Shown: in pieces, positions 1 to 6,939 of the stretch | Position numbering within the stretch: position 1 is the stretch's first letter | How the letters are laid out: the number at the start of each line of letters is the position of its first letter | Assembly: GCA_040756235.1 (NCBI GenBank) | Contig: JBFLZG010000039.1 | Location: forward strand, 1 to 18,103 | Reading direction: 5' to 3' | Length of the DNA: 18,103 nt | DNA from: a bacterium | GTDB taxonomy: Bacteria; Desulfobacterota; DSWW01 | The notes under the pieces: model-generated | What the model was told of the DNA's origin: nothing | Databases searched by the model: none | Seen by the model: only the letters and a program-made list of their open reading frames with translations | Made by a program: the position numbers and the translations under genes

Positions 1-34
1 GCTGGAGAAATCGAAACAAGCAAAGGAAACATGA
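1..34 (+). CDS. Possible 3' end of an upstream gene (…LEKSKQAKET*)
   Basis: Frame starting at position 2 reads ctg gag aaa tcg aaa caa gca aag gaa aca TGA (32-34) and is followed by a hairpin-rich intergenic region. Too short to identify. Confidence 0.3.
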   Translation, partial: LEKSKQAKET

Positions 35-52
35 ACGTTGTTATAAAACCGG

Positions 53-78
53 CTCGGTCCCCCCCGGGGGGGACCGAG
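53..78. repeat. Perfect 26-bp palindrome CTCGGT-C7-G7-ACCGAG (hairpin, possibly terminator-like)
   Basis: ctcggtccccccc|gggggggaccgag is its own reverse complement. It begins 18 nt after the putative stop at 34 and has no U-tract. Confidence 0.75.
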
Positions 79-140
79 GGTGCCACGGAGGGGAACGGGA
101 ACTTTAATTGTCGTCGCCGGGAAGAATTCTTGACGTTGAT

Positions 141-174
141 CACCCCTCTCGCAAAGGGGGGTCGGGGGGGATTT
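141..174. repeat. REP-like G/C-tract hairpin (CCCCTCT-cgcaa-AGGGGGG-tc-GGGGGGGATTT)
   Basis: Stem 143-149/155-161 followed by a G-tract and ATTT. Resembles the CCCCCCTTTnnnAAGGGGGGnnGGGGGGATTT intergenic repeat type (recognised from memory, not searched). Confidence 0.55.
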
Positions 175-191
175 CAGTGCCCATCAAACCC

Positions 192-240
192 CGTCATTCC
201 CGCGAAAGCGGGAATCCCCATGCTTCATGGGATCCCGGCC
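192..240. repeat. CGTC-tagged REP-like palindrome with truncated partner
   Basis: CGTC-ATTCCCGC-GAAA-GCGGGAAT-CC (8-bp stem 196-203/208-215, GAAA loop), then cccatg-ctt-catggg and a partial inverted arm gatcccgg. Same architecture as the element at 5470-5586. Confidence 0.7.
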
Positions 241-251
241 CCCGCCCCCAT

Positions 252-281
252 TTGACTTGAAAATTCCCGCTCCCCTATGCT
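252..281 (+). promoter_or_regulatory. Putative sigma-70 promoter of the acyl-CoA synthetase
   Basis: TTGACT (252-257), 18-nt spacer, TATGCT (276-281). RBS AAGGAG at 318-323 before ATG 330. Confidence 0.6.
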
Positions 282-329
282 GCTCCGCACATTCGACCCC
301 TGACGGCACCACGCACGAAGGAGCGACAT

Positions 330-1898
330 ATGGCCGACGCCGCACCCGCGAAGCCGATCAACTTCCTCGAGATCCATGCGGTTAACCACCCGGACAAGAC
401 CGCGGTCATCGGCCTGGAGCGCTCCCTCACCTACGCGCAGCTCCGACAGAGGGCCCGGGCCCTGGCATCCCGCCTGCACGCCATGGGGCTCAAGGCCGGC
501 GACCAGGCCGCGATCATGACCTACAACCTTCCCGAGTGCTTTGAGATCGCCCAGGCCCTGTTCTACCTCCAGGTCGGCCAGGTGATGGTCGGCTACCGGA
601 TGAAGGCCCCCGAGATCGAGTACATCGTCGACAACTCGGACTCCAAGGTCCTGTTCTTCTGTCACGAGTTCGCCGACCGGATCCTCCCTTTCAAGTCGAG
701 ATATCCGAAGCTTCTGCCGGGCGGCTTCGCGAGCTTCGGGGGCTCCGCTGCGGGAGCGGCGGACTACGAGGACCTCTTTCGGGACCCGCCCGACGTGGAC
801 CTGGACAACCTGCCGGCGGCCCTGGAGGTGGGCAGCTCGATGATCTACACCTCGGGTACGACCGGCAAGCCCAAGGGGGCCGCCCGCAAGACCGACTTCA
901 TCAACCGCCCCGGAGTCCTGAATTATCTCTCCGAGACGATCCGCTTCCTCAAGATGGGCCCGGACGAAGTGCACCTGGTCTGCTGTCCTCTTTATCATTC
1001 GGCCCCCGCCTACTTCAGCATCGTGAATTCAATCCTGGGCGGAACCGCAGTGCTCCAGCCGCGCTTCGACCCCCTCCAGTTCCTCGAGCTGGTCGACCGG
1101 CACAAGGTGACATCGGTTCACCTGGTCCCGACCATGGTGGCACGGCTCCTTCGGCTGCCGGAAGAGGCGACCAAGAAGCTCGATGTCTCGAGCCTGCGGA
1201 CCGTGATCTGCGGGGCCGCGCCCCTCATTCCGGAGTACAAGCTCGGCTTCCTCGACCGCTTCGGGGACTGCCTGTACGAATACTACGGCTCGACCGAGAC
1301 CGGCGTGAACACCCTCATCTCGCCTCAAGAGATGCGCGAGCGCCCGGCGAGCGTGGGAAAGGCCTTTGCGGACAACGAGCTCCTCGTTCTCGACGAGGCG
1401 GGCAACCCGGTGCGGGACGGCCGGCGCGGGATCCTCTATATGTACAACTCGATCATGATGGAAGGCTACTACAAGAACGAGCGGGCCACGATCGAGACCT
1501 TCCGGGGCAAGCACATGACGGTCGGAGACGTGGCGGTCCGTGACCGGGAGGGCTACTACTACATCGTCGACCGAGTCAAGGACATGATCATCCGGGGCGG
1601 CGTGAACATCTACCCGGCGGAGGTCGAGGGAGTCCTGAACAGCATGCCGGGCATCTCGGATGCGGCCGTCGTGGGCAGGCCCGACCGCGAGCTCGGGGAG
1701 GTCGTTGCCGCCTTCGTCGTGCTCGATCGCTCTCGCCCGGTCACGGTCACGGAAGAGGACATCCGGAGGCGCTGCGGCGAGCGCATGGAGAACCACAAGA
1801 TCCCGGCCACCCTCGTCTTCGTGGACGAGATCCCCCGCACACCGACCGGCAAGATCCTCAAACGCGAGCTGCGCGAAAGGCTGAAGGAGATCGCATAA
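330..1898 (+). CDS. Acyl-CoA synthetase / AMP-binding enzyme (fatty-acid- or bile-acid-CoA-ligase-like), 522 aa
   Basis: ANL motifs: MIYTSGTTGKPKG (A3 P-loop), PLYHSAP, YEYYGSTE (A5), VGD, IVDRVKDMIIRGGVNIYPAEVE (A8), PRTPTGKILKR (A10 Lys). Good RBS. Confidence 0.95.
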   Translation: MADAAPAKPINFLEIHAVNHPDKTAVIGLERSLTYAQLRQRARALASRLHAMGLKAGDQAAIMTYNLPECFEIAQALFYLQVGQVMVGYRMKAPEIEYIVDNSDSKVLFFCHEFADRILPFKSRYPKLLPGGFASFGGSAAGAADYEDLFRDPPDVDLDNLPAALEVGSSMIYTSGTTGKPKGAARKTDFINRPGVLNYLSETIRFLKMGPDEVHLVCCPLYHSAPAYFSIVNSILGGTAVLQPRFDPLQFLELVDRHKVTSVHLVPTMVARLLRLPEEATKKLDVSSLRTVICGAAPLIPEYKLGFLDRFGDCLYEYYGSTETGVNTLISPQEMRERPASVGKAFADNELLVLDEAGNPVRDGRRGILYMYNSIMMEGYYKNERATIETFRGKHMTVGDVAVRDREGYYYIVDRVKDMIIRGGVNIYPAEVEGVLNSMPGISDAAVVGRPDRELGEVVAAFVVLDRSRPVTVTEEDIRRRCGERMENHKIPATLVFVDEIPRTPTGKILKRELRERLKEIA

Positions 1899-1982
1899 GC
1901 GAATTACATTCCCTGCTGCCTTTCACCCGACATAGAGCGAAACGGCAAGACAGCAAGGCTCCCGAGCGCACTGGCTTCGCTG

Positions 1983-1991
1983 TGCTATAAT
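1983..1991 (+). promoter_or_regulatory. Extended -10 promoter (TG-n-TATAAT)
   Basis: TGcTATAAT, with a perfect TATAAT at 1986-1991 in high-GC DNA, ~40 nt upstream of ATG 2033. RBS AGGAGGT at 2020-2026. Confidence 0.7.
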
Positions 1992-2032
1992 GTTGGCGAC
2001 AATCCAGGTGGGGGGTGACAGGAGGTGAAGAC

Positions 2033-2485
2033 ATGTTCATCAAAGAGGCAGAGCTGTTTCACGATATCCCTTCCCACATCATCGATGAAATTGCGGCAGT
2101 GGCCGAGGAGGAGATCCTTCCTGCGGGCCAGGTCGTGTTCCGTGCAGGAGAAGTCGCCGAATCGCTCTACATTCTGGAGGACGGCTGGGTGAATCTCGCC
2201 GTCGGAGGAGCGGGGCTCTTGTCCATGCCGGTAAGTCCCGGAGATGTCTTTGGGTGGTCTGCTCTGGTCGAGCCCAACCAGTATACGGCTTCGGCCGAGT
2301 GCCGTACTGAGAGCACGGTCATCAAGGTGGACGCGAACCGCCTCATGCACATACTCGAAAAGCATCCCGCAGAGGGATTCAAGGTGATGCGGCGTCTGGC
2401 CGGGCTGATCGCCTCGCGCCTCCTGAGGAGCTACCAGGAGATCGTGGGCTCTCGCGAGACGAGTCAGATGCCGTCCTACGGCTGA
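2033..2485 (+). CDS. Stand-alone cyclic-nucleotide-binding (Crp/Fnr sensory) domain protein, 150 aa, no HTH
   Basis: LFHDI…LPAGQVVFRAGEVAESLYILEDGWV…PGDVFGWSAL…YTASA…C-helix is the cNMP beta-barrel pattern. Start moved from 2015 to ATG 2033 because of the AGGAGGT RBS. Confidence 0.88.
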   Translation: MFIKEAELFHDIPSHIIDEIAAVAEEEILPAGQVVFRAGEVAESLYILEDGWVNLAVGGAGLLSMPVSPGDVFGWSALVEPNQYTASAECRTESTVIKVDANRLMHILEKHPAEGFKVMRRLAGLIASRLLRSYQEIVGSRETSQMPSYG

Positions 2486-2665
2486 TCTCCAGAGCGTGCC
2501 CCCAGCTGAATGAGCGATAGCGGGATGCCTGAGCTTGGGTGCGTGCGGAGCAAGGGCGTCTTCAGCCACGACACCGCTTCTCCGTGAACAGGGCCATGGC
2601 GTATCGCCGGTTCCTCACTCTCGATCTGCCGGATGCCCAGGAGGAAGGTCGCAACCGGCCTGGCA

Positions 2666-3655
2666 CTAGATAAACCGACCTGCATTGTAAGCAAGGACTT
2701 CTTCGGCTTCCTTGACGATCCGGTCCAGCAATTCCTGGCAGAAGACCGTGTCATGGACGAGCCCGATGGACTGACCTACAGGAACGAGGCCGGTATCCAT
2801 CTTCCCTTCCAGCCAGATATCATCCCCGTACTTCCCTGATATGAGAGGGACGATCTCATTCAGCCCGCCGCCCTTGGATTCGATCTCCATGACCTTCCGG
2901 ATGGAATCGTTCAGCAACGCTCGGCCCTGCAATCCGATCGTGTTTCCATACAAGACGGTCTCGTTTTCATTTCGACGAATGAGCTCGTCGTGGACTTTTT
3001 GATGCGTCCTGCACTCGTGGGTATTGATGAAGCGGGTCGCCATGAGAATCCCTTCGGCCCCCAGGCAAAGGGCGGCGGCCAGGCTTCGTCCATTGGACAT
3101 GCCGCCCGCGGTAATCACGGGGATGCTCAGCTCTTCCACCATCCGAGGGGTCAGCACACTGGTGGCCACGTTTTCGTTCAACGGATGGCCTCCTTCCTCC
3201 ACCCCGGCGGCAATCACGCCGTCGTACCCGGCCTCTTCCGCGTGTTTTCCATGCTTGACCGAGCCCACCTTGTGAAACAGTCTGACACCCGCGTCTTTCA
3301 GCTTTCTGAAGTACTTTCCTCCCTCGAATCGGTCGAGAGGGACTCCGCCGATCTCCATGGCCGGGATTCGCTCTTCGGCGCAGGCGTCGAAATAAGCCAT
3401 GTACTGCTCCGGACCCAGGGCAATGGACGGCAGCAAAGTCACATTCACGATGAACGGCTTGTCGGTGAGCTCCCGCACTTCCCGGATGGCCGCTTTGAAG
3501 GACGCTTTGGTGTCGTACATGGCCGAGGTGAGGTTTCCCAATCCACCTGCATTCGATATGGCCGCGCAGAGGGGAGGATAAGCCAAGCGCATCATGCCGC
3601 CGCACACGATCGGATACTTGATCCCGAGCATTTGGGTCAATCTTGTTCTGATCAC
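2666..3655 (-). CDS. Nitronate monooxygenase / FabK-like FMN-dependent TIM-barrel oxidoreductase, 329 aa
   Basis: TRLTQMLGIKYPIVCGGM, AISNAGGLG, TDKPFIVNV, GVEEGGHP (catalytic His), PVITAGG, ALCLGAEGILMATRF, PVGQSIGLV. GTG start with AAGGAG RBS. Confidence 0.92.
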   Translation of the reverse strand: MIRTRLTQMLGIKYPIVCGGMMRLAYPPLCAAISNAGGLGNLTSAMYDTKASFKAAIREVRELTDKPFIVNVTLLPSIALGPEQYMAYFDACAEERIPAMEIGGVPLDRFEGGKYFRKLKDAGVRLFHKVGSVKHGKHAEEAGYDGVIAAGVEEGGHPLNENVATSVLTPRMVEELSIPVITAGGMSNGRSLAAALCLGAEGILMATRFINTHECRTHQKVHDELIRRNENETVLYGNTIGLQGRALLNDSIRKVMEIESKGGGLNEIVPLISGKYGDDIWLEGKMDTGLVPVGQSIGLVHDTVFCQELLDRIVKEAEEVLAYNAGRFI

Positions 3656-3671
3656 CGGAGGCTCCTTTCCC

Positions 3672-4679
3672 TCAGGCTTTCCAGTACTTCCGGGCCGACA
3701 GTTTCCGAAGGATTTCGTCCGCTTCGGCTACGATGTCGTCGATGATCCTCTTGACCGGCTTGATTTCACTGATCCGTCCGCTGACCATGCCCAGAGGAAG
3801 GATTCCTTCCTCCACGTCGCCCGTATTCATCGCCGTCAATCCGCCGAGCCCCAGCCCTTCGCTTGTCTTGGCCATGAACCTGGTGATCCCTTCGGCCCCT
3901 TCTTTTTGCTCGATCTCCAGTATCTTCTGGGTCCGACGGTTGCGAACCGCACGGACCGGATCGCCGAGGGACATCAGGATGTAGTCGGTCTCGTTGTATT
4001 CCATCTGCACAAGTCTTTGCTTGACTCTAGGATGGATGATGCACTCTTCGGATGCACAGAATCGCGTTCCCATGTAGACGGCCTCGCCGCCCATGGCCAG
4101 AACGACGACCAGACCCCTTCCATCGCAGAACCCGCCGCCGATGGCCACCGGAACGTCCACCTTATCCACCAGAAGGGGCCCCACGACGCTCGTGGCATTC
4201 CGTTCCGCCCCAGGGTGTCCGCCCTCTTCGGAACCGATGATGGTGAGCGCATCTGCCCCCAGCCTTGCCGCCTTCACGCCGTCCCTGATTCGGGCCACCT
4301 TGTGGATCCAAGGAATTCCGAGGCCTTTGATTCGCTTCAACCACGGTTCCGGGCTTCTGGCGGAGGTTTCGATCGCAGGCACTTTGTACTTTTCGATCAA
4401 GTCAAAGACCCGTTCAAACCACGTCGCATCAATCATGGGAAACAGTGTAACGTTGATGCCGAAGGGTTTGTCCGTCAAGTCCTTGACCTTCTTGATCTCC
4501 TCTTCCAACTGCTTCACATCATCGAGCCATTGAATGGCGCACATGAAACCGATGCCGCCGGCGTTTCCGACAGCCGCAGCCAGCTCAGCGGTGCTGACAA
4601 GGCCTGCCGCCATGCCTCCCTGAATGATCGGATACTCGATTCCAAACAGCTCCGTAAGACGCGTCTTGAAAAAGCTCAT
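3672..4679 (-). CDS. Nitronate monooxygenase / FabK-like FMN-dependent oxidoreductase, 335 aa (paralogue of neighbour)
   Basis: KTRLTELFGIEYPIIQGGM, AVGNAGGIG, TDKPFGINV, GSEEGGHPG, PVAIGGGF, AMGGEAVYMGTRF, PLGMVSGRI. RBS TAAGGAG. 16-nt gap to the next gene. Confidence 0.93.
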   Translation of the reverse strand: MSFFKTRLTELFGIEYPIIQGGMAAGLVSTAELAAAVGNAGGIGFMCAIQWLDDVKQLEEEIKKVKDLTDKPFGINVTLFPMIDATWFERVFDLIEKYKVPAIETSARSPEPWLKRIKGLGIPWIHKVARIRDGVKAARLGADALTIIGSEEGGHPGAERNATSVVGPLLVDKVDVPVAIGGGFCDGRGLVVVLAMGGEAVYMGTRFCASEECIIHPRVKQRLVQMEYNETDYILMSLGDPVRAVRNRRTQKILEIEQKEGAEGITRFMAKTSEGLGLGGLTAMNTGDVEEGILPLGMVSGRISEIKPVKRIIDDIVAEADEILRKLSARKYWKA

Positions 4680-4704
4680 TTTCGATCTCCTTATCTTGCA
4701 TTAA

Positions 4705-4724
4705 GCGATACACATGTGTCTCGC
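4705..4724. promoter_or_regulatory. Candidate operator (20-bp near-perfect palindrome) in the leader of the NMO pair
   Basis: GCGATACACATGTGTCTCGC has 9 of 10 positions paired and lies between the putative promoter and the RBS. Confidence 0.5.
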
Positions 4725-4761
4725 ACTCAAGCTGAATGGAGAGAGGTTTTAGCAGGCAAAC

Positions 4762-4791
4762 AGAATAGTCCGCACGTAGTTGGTACGTCAA
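4762..4791 (-). promoter_or_regulatory. Putative sigma-70 promoter of the NMO pair
   Basis: Minus strand TTGACG (4791-4786), 18-nt spacer, TATTCT (4767-4762). The inverted repeat ACGTA-N5-TACGT (4774-4788) spans the spacer and overlaps the -35. Confidence 0.6.
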
Positions 4792-4832
4792 CAAAGAAAA
4801 CCACACAGGAAGAAACCTACCTACGAGTCCCC

Positions 4833-5249
4833 AAGAGATCGCCGGAAGTGGGCGGATGTCCCCACTGGTCCGGCTCGGTCGGCAGCGAGCTCCAGAAGAC
4901 CCTGGCCGCGAGCGGCCGCGCGCGCCTCTACGGGATCCTGTTCGATCTGGACTCGGCCACCATCCGCCCGGAATCCAGACCGGTGCTGGATGAGGTCCTG
5001 GTCCTGCTAAAGACCGACTCCTCCTGGAAGCTCACCATTGAAGGGCACACCGACTCCACGGGCGGGGACGCGCACAATCAGCAGCTCTCCGAGCAGCGGG
5101 CCGAGTCCGTCAGGGCGTACCTGATCCAAAAGGGGGTCGACGCCTCCTGCCTCAAGGCGGCCGGGTTCGGGGAAGGGAAACCGGTGGCCGATAACGCCAC
5201 CGAGCTGGGCCGCGCGCAGAACCGACGGGCGGAGCTCGTTCGCGAGTAA
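4833..5249 (+). pseudogene. 5'-truncated OmpA-like (peptidoglycan-binding C-terminal domain) gene remnant
   Basis: GILFDLDSATIRPES…LTIEGHTDSTG…NQQLSEQRAESV…GFGEGKPVADN…GRAQNRR is an intact OmpA_C domain. There is no signal peptide and no RBS (only a bare GTG at 4848). High-GC coding style begins abruptly near 4833. Confidence 0.65.
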
Positions 5250-5469
5250 ACCGCAGGCGGAGGCCTCCGGGAAAGAAGCTTCCCGAAAATCCGAGATGCA
5301 GCCTCGGGCGAGGAGGAGACGGCTCGCCGCATCTTCCCTGCCCGTCAGGAGCTCGGGCTAGTGCTGCCCTTTACCCACAGGTCGGCCCATCAGGGACGCA
5401 ACGCGAAATCCAGCTCGAAACCGCCATTCGGGAGGACCGGGGAGCGGACAGCCGCGGTTTCCTCAGTTT

Positions 5470-5586
5470 CGTCACCCCGGCGCAGGCCGGGGTCCAGTCC
5501 CTGCTCCGCGTGATGACACCTCCGTTCCCTTGTACAGACTTCTGGATCCCGGCTCGCACGCGCTACGCGGCGGGGCCGGGATGACG
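5470..5586. repeat. CGTC-tagged REP doublet (REPIN-like) between convergent OmpA genes
   Basis: Left CGTC-ACCCCGGC-gcag-GCCGGGGT-CCAG (5470-5497), 44-nt spacer, inverted right CTGG-ATCCCGGC-(21 nt)-GCCGGGAT-GACG (5542-5586). Confidence 0.75.
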
Positions 5587-5635
5587 GACGGAGTCAGTGT
5601 GATCTTTCAGATTGACTTGTGGGTAATGCGCAGGG

Positions 5636-6337
5636 CTAGTGCGGCTCCTGGCCTGCCGCCGCTGCCTGCTCGGCGCGCAATGCCTGGTCCGGCGTTACGT
5701 TGACCTCCACTCGCCGATTCATCTGGCGCCCCTCGGCTGTCTCATTCGAAGCCAGCGGCCGGGACTCACCCTCGCCACGCGTGGCCATGCGTGAAGGGCT
5801 CACCCCATTGGCGGCGAGCTCGTCCGCAACCGCCGACGCTCTTTGCTGAGACAGGCTGTAATTGAACTCGTCTGTCCCGCGGCTATCGGTGTGCCCCACA
5901 ACCTCTATTACGGTGCGAGGGTAGCGCTGGAGAACTCCTGCGAACTGCCGGAGCTTGTCGCGGGCACCGGGCTGCAGATAGGATTTGCCTGATTCGAACA
6001 AAACGTCACTGGACATGCTCACATGGATCTGCTCCTGCTCGAGCCGCAAGCGATCTTGCTCGGCAAGAACGGCCTGCATCTCCTTTGCCTGCCGGTCCAT
6101 GTAGTTTCCGATGAAACCGCCCGCCAGGCCCCCCACGACGGCACCGATGGCCGCACCCTTCCAAGCTCCTTCACCGCCGCCGGCGATGGCGCCTATGGCG
6201 GAGCCGGCCGCGGCCCCCGTGGCTGTCCCGACGGCTGCGCCCTTGGTCGTTCGGGTCTGCTCCTGCCACGTGCTGCAGCTCATCACGAGAGCCGCTCCCA
6301 GAAAGACTGCCAGGAACTTGCCGGATCTTACGTTCAT
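5636..6337 (-). CDS. OmpA-family lipoprotein with glycine zipper (YiaD-like), 233 aa
   Basis: Signal peptide with lipobox VMS-C21. Gly zipper TKGAAVGTATGAAAGSAIG…GAAIGAVVGGLAGGFIGNYMDRQ. OmpA_C motifs LFESG, VGHTDSRG, NYSLSQQRA, GEGESRP, GRQMNRRVE. ATG 6337 with GAGGAGG RBS (ORF-track start 6535 is too long). Confidence 0.93.
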   Translation of the reverse strand: MNVRSGKFLAVFLGAALVMSCSTWQEQTRTTKGAAVGTATGAAAGSAIGAIAGGGEGAWKGAAIGAVVGGLAGGFIGNYMDRQAKEMQAVLAEQDRLRLEQEQIHVSMSSDVLFESGKSYLQPGARDKLRQFAGVLQRYPRTVIEVVGHTDSRGTDEFNYSLSQQRASAVADELAANGVSPSRMATRGEGESRPLASNETAEGRQMNRRVEVNVTPDQALRAEQAAAAGQEPH

Positions 6338-6446
6338 GTCTCTCCTCCTCATTCCGGTCGACACGCACTGAGCGGTCTGCGACCGTCCGGTCCCCTCATT
6401 CTGCCGCGGATATGCAGACATTCGACCCAGAATCTCAGTGGTAAAA

Positions 6447-6461
6447 GCAAGAAACCTGCCA
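6447..6461 (-). promoter_or_regulatory. Putative sigma-54 (-24/-12) promoter for the OmpA lipoprotein
   Basis: Minus strand TGGCAGG-TTTC-TTGC versus consensus TGGCACG-N4-TTGC (1 mismatch), ~110 nt upstream of ATG 6337. Confidence 0.7.
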
Positions 6462-6749
6462 CATGACCAGACCGAAACGCTTCGCAGGCGGCCGCACCGC
6501 TCGACCGTGAAACCGCACCCAAATGCCTGAAACAATGGTCATTTAGATGAGGAAAGGATCACACTTTCCCATGCAGAATTCAAGCACGACGAGAATACAT
6601 ACAAGAATGTAATACGAGTATGAGATCGGCCTATGCCCTGATTCCCGCATGCGGAGGACGGCTTCCTGCGTCGCTTCCGGGAGAGCCCTGCCCAACCCAA
6701 CCAGATCCGCCCCCACACTCCGCTGCAACCTTCGGAACGCTGCCAAAAA

Positions 6750-6780
6750 TTGTCGTTCTGAGAAATCTTATCATTCTGAG
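6750..6780. promoter_or_regulatory. Candidate enhancer (UAS): tandem 13-mers with 18-bp period
   Basis: TTGTCGTTCTGAG (6750-6762) and TTATCATTCTGAG (6768-6780), 11/13 identical, 70-100 bp upstream of the sigma-54 site at 6849. Confidence 0.45.
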
Positions 6781-6848
6781 GACCCGCCTCGGCGCAGGGA
6801 GCCCGCGTTCTTGCCTGTTTTTGTTGGAGAATTTTCAAGGTCCGGGAC

Positions 6849-6863
6849 TGGTCCGAAACTTGC
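6849..6863 (+). promoter_or_regulatory. Putative sigma-54 (-24/-12) promoter for the PEP-CTERM gene
   Basis: TGGTCCG-AAAC-TTGC with exact GG-N10-GC spacing, 77 nt upstream of ATG 6940. Proteobacterial PEP-CTERM genes are often preceded by sigma-54 sites. Confidence 0.65.
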
Positions 6864-6939
6864 GTCTTGATGGGGCGTGGAATTCCCACTCTCGCAGTGC
6901 ACCGGGGCCGTTCACGGGAAAAGTCCGAGGAGTCTCCAG

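Noticed and set aside
31..255. 74-aa ORF containing PLAKGGRGGF and VIPAKAGI
   Set aside because: These peptides are translations of the REP-like palindromes, not a real protein.
225..1884. Alternative-frame and antisense ORFs within the acyl-CoA synthetase
   Set aside because: Overlap a clearly identified gene almost entirely and have typical shadow-ORF composition.
3594..5249. 551-aa plus-strand ORF apparently fusing a long N-terminus to an OmpA domain
   Set aside because: The first ~360 codons are the antisense shadow of the NMO genes and the next ~50 cross their promoter. Only 4833-5249 is protein-like.
5250..5300. Short palindromes after the OmpA remnant (CGGAGGCCTCCG; CGGGAA…TTCCCG) as an intrinsic terminator
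   Set aside because: Short GC stems without a plus-strand U-tract, which are expected by chance at this GC content.
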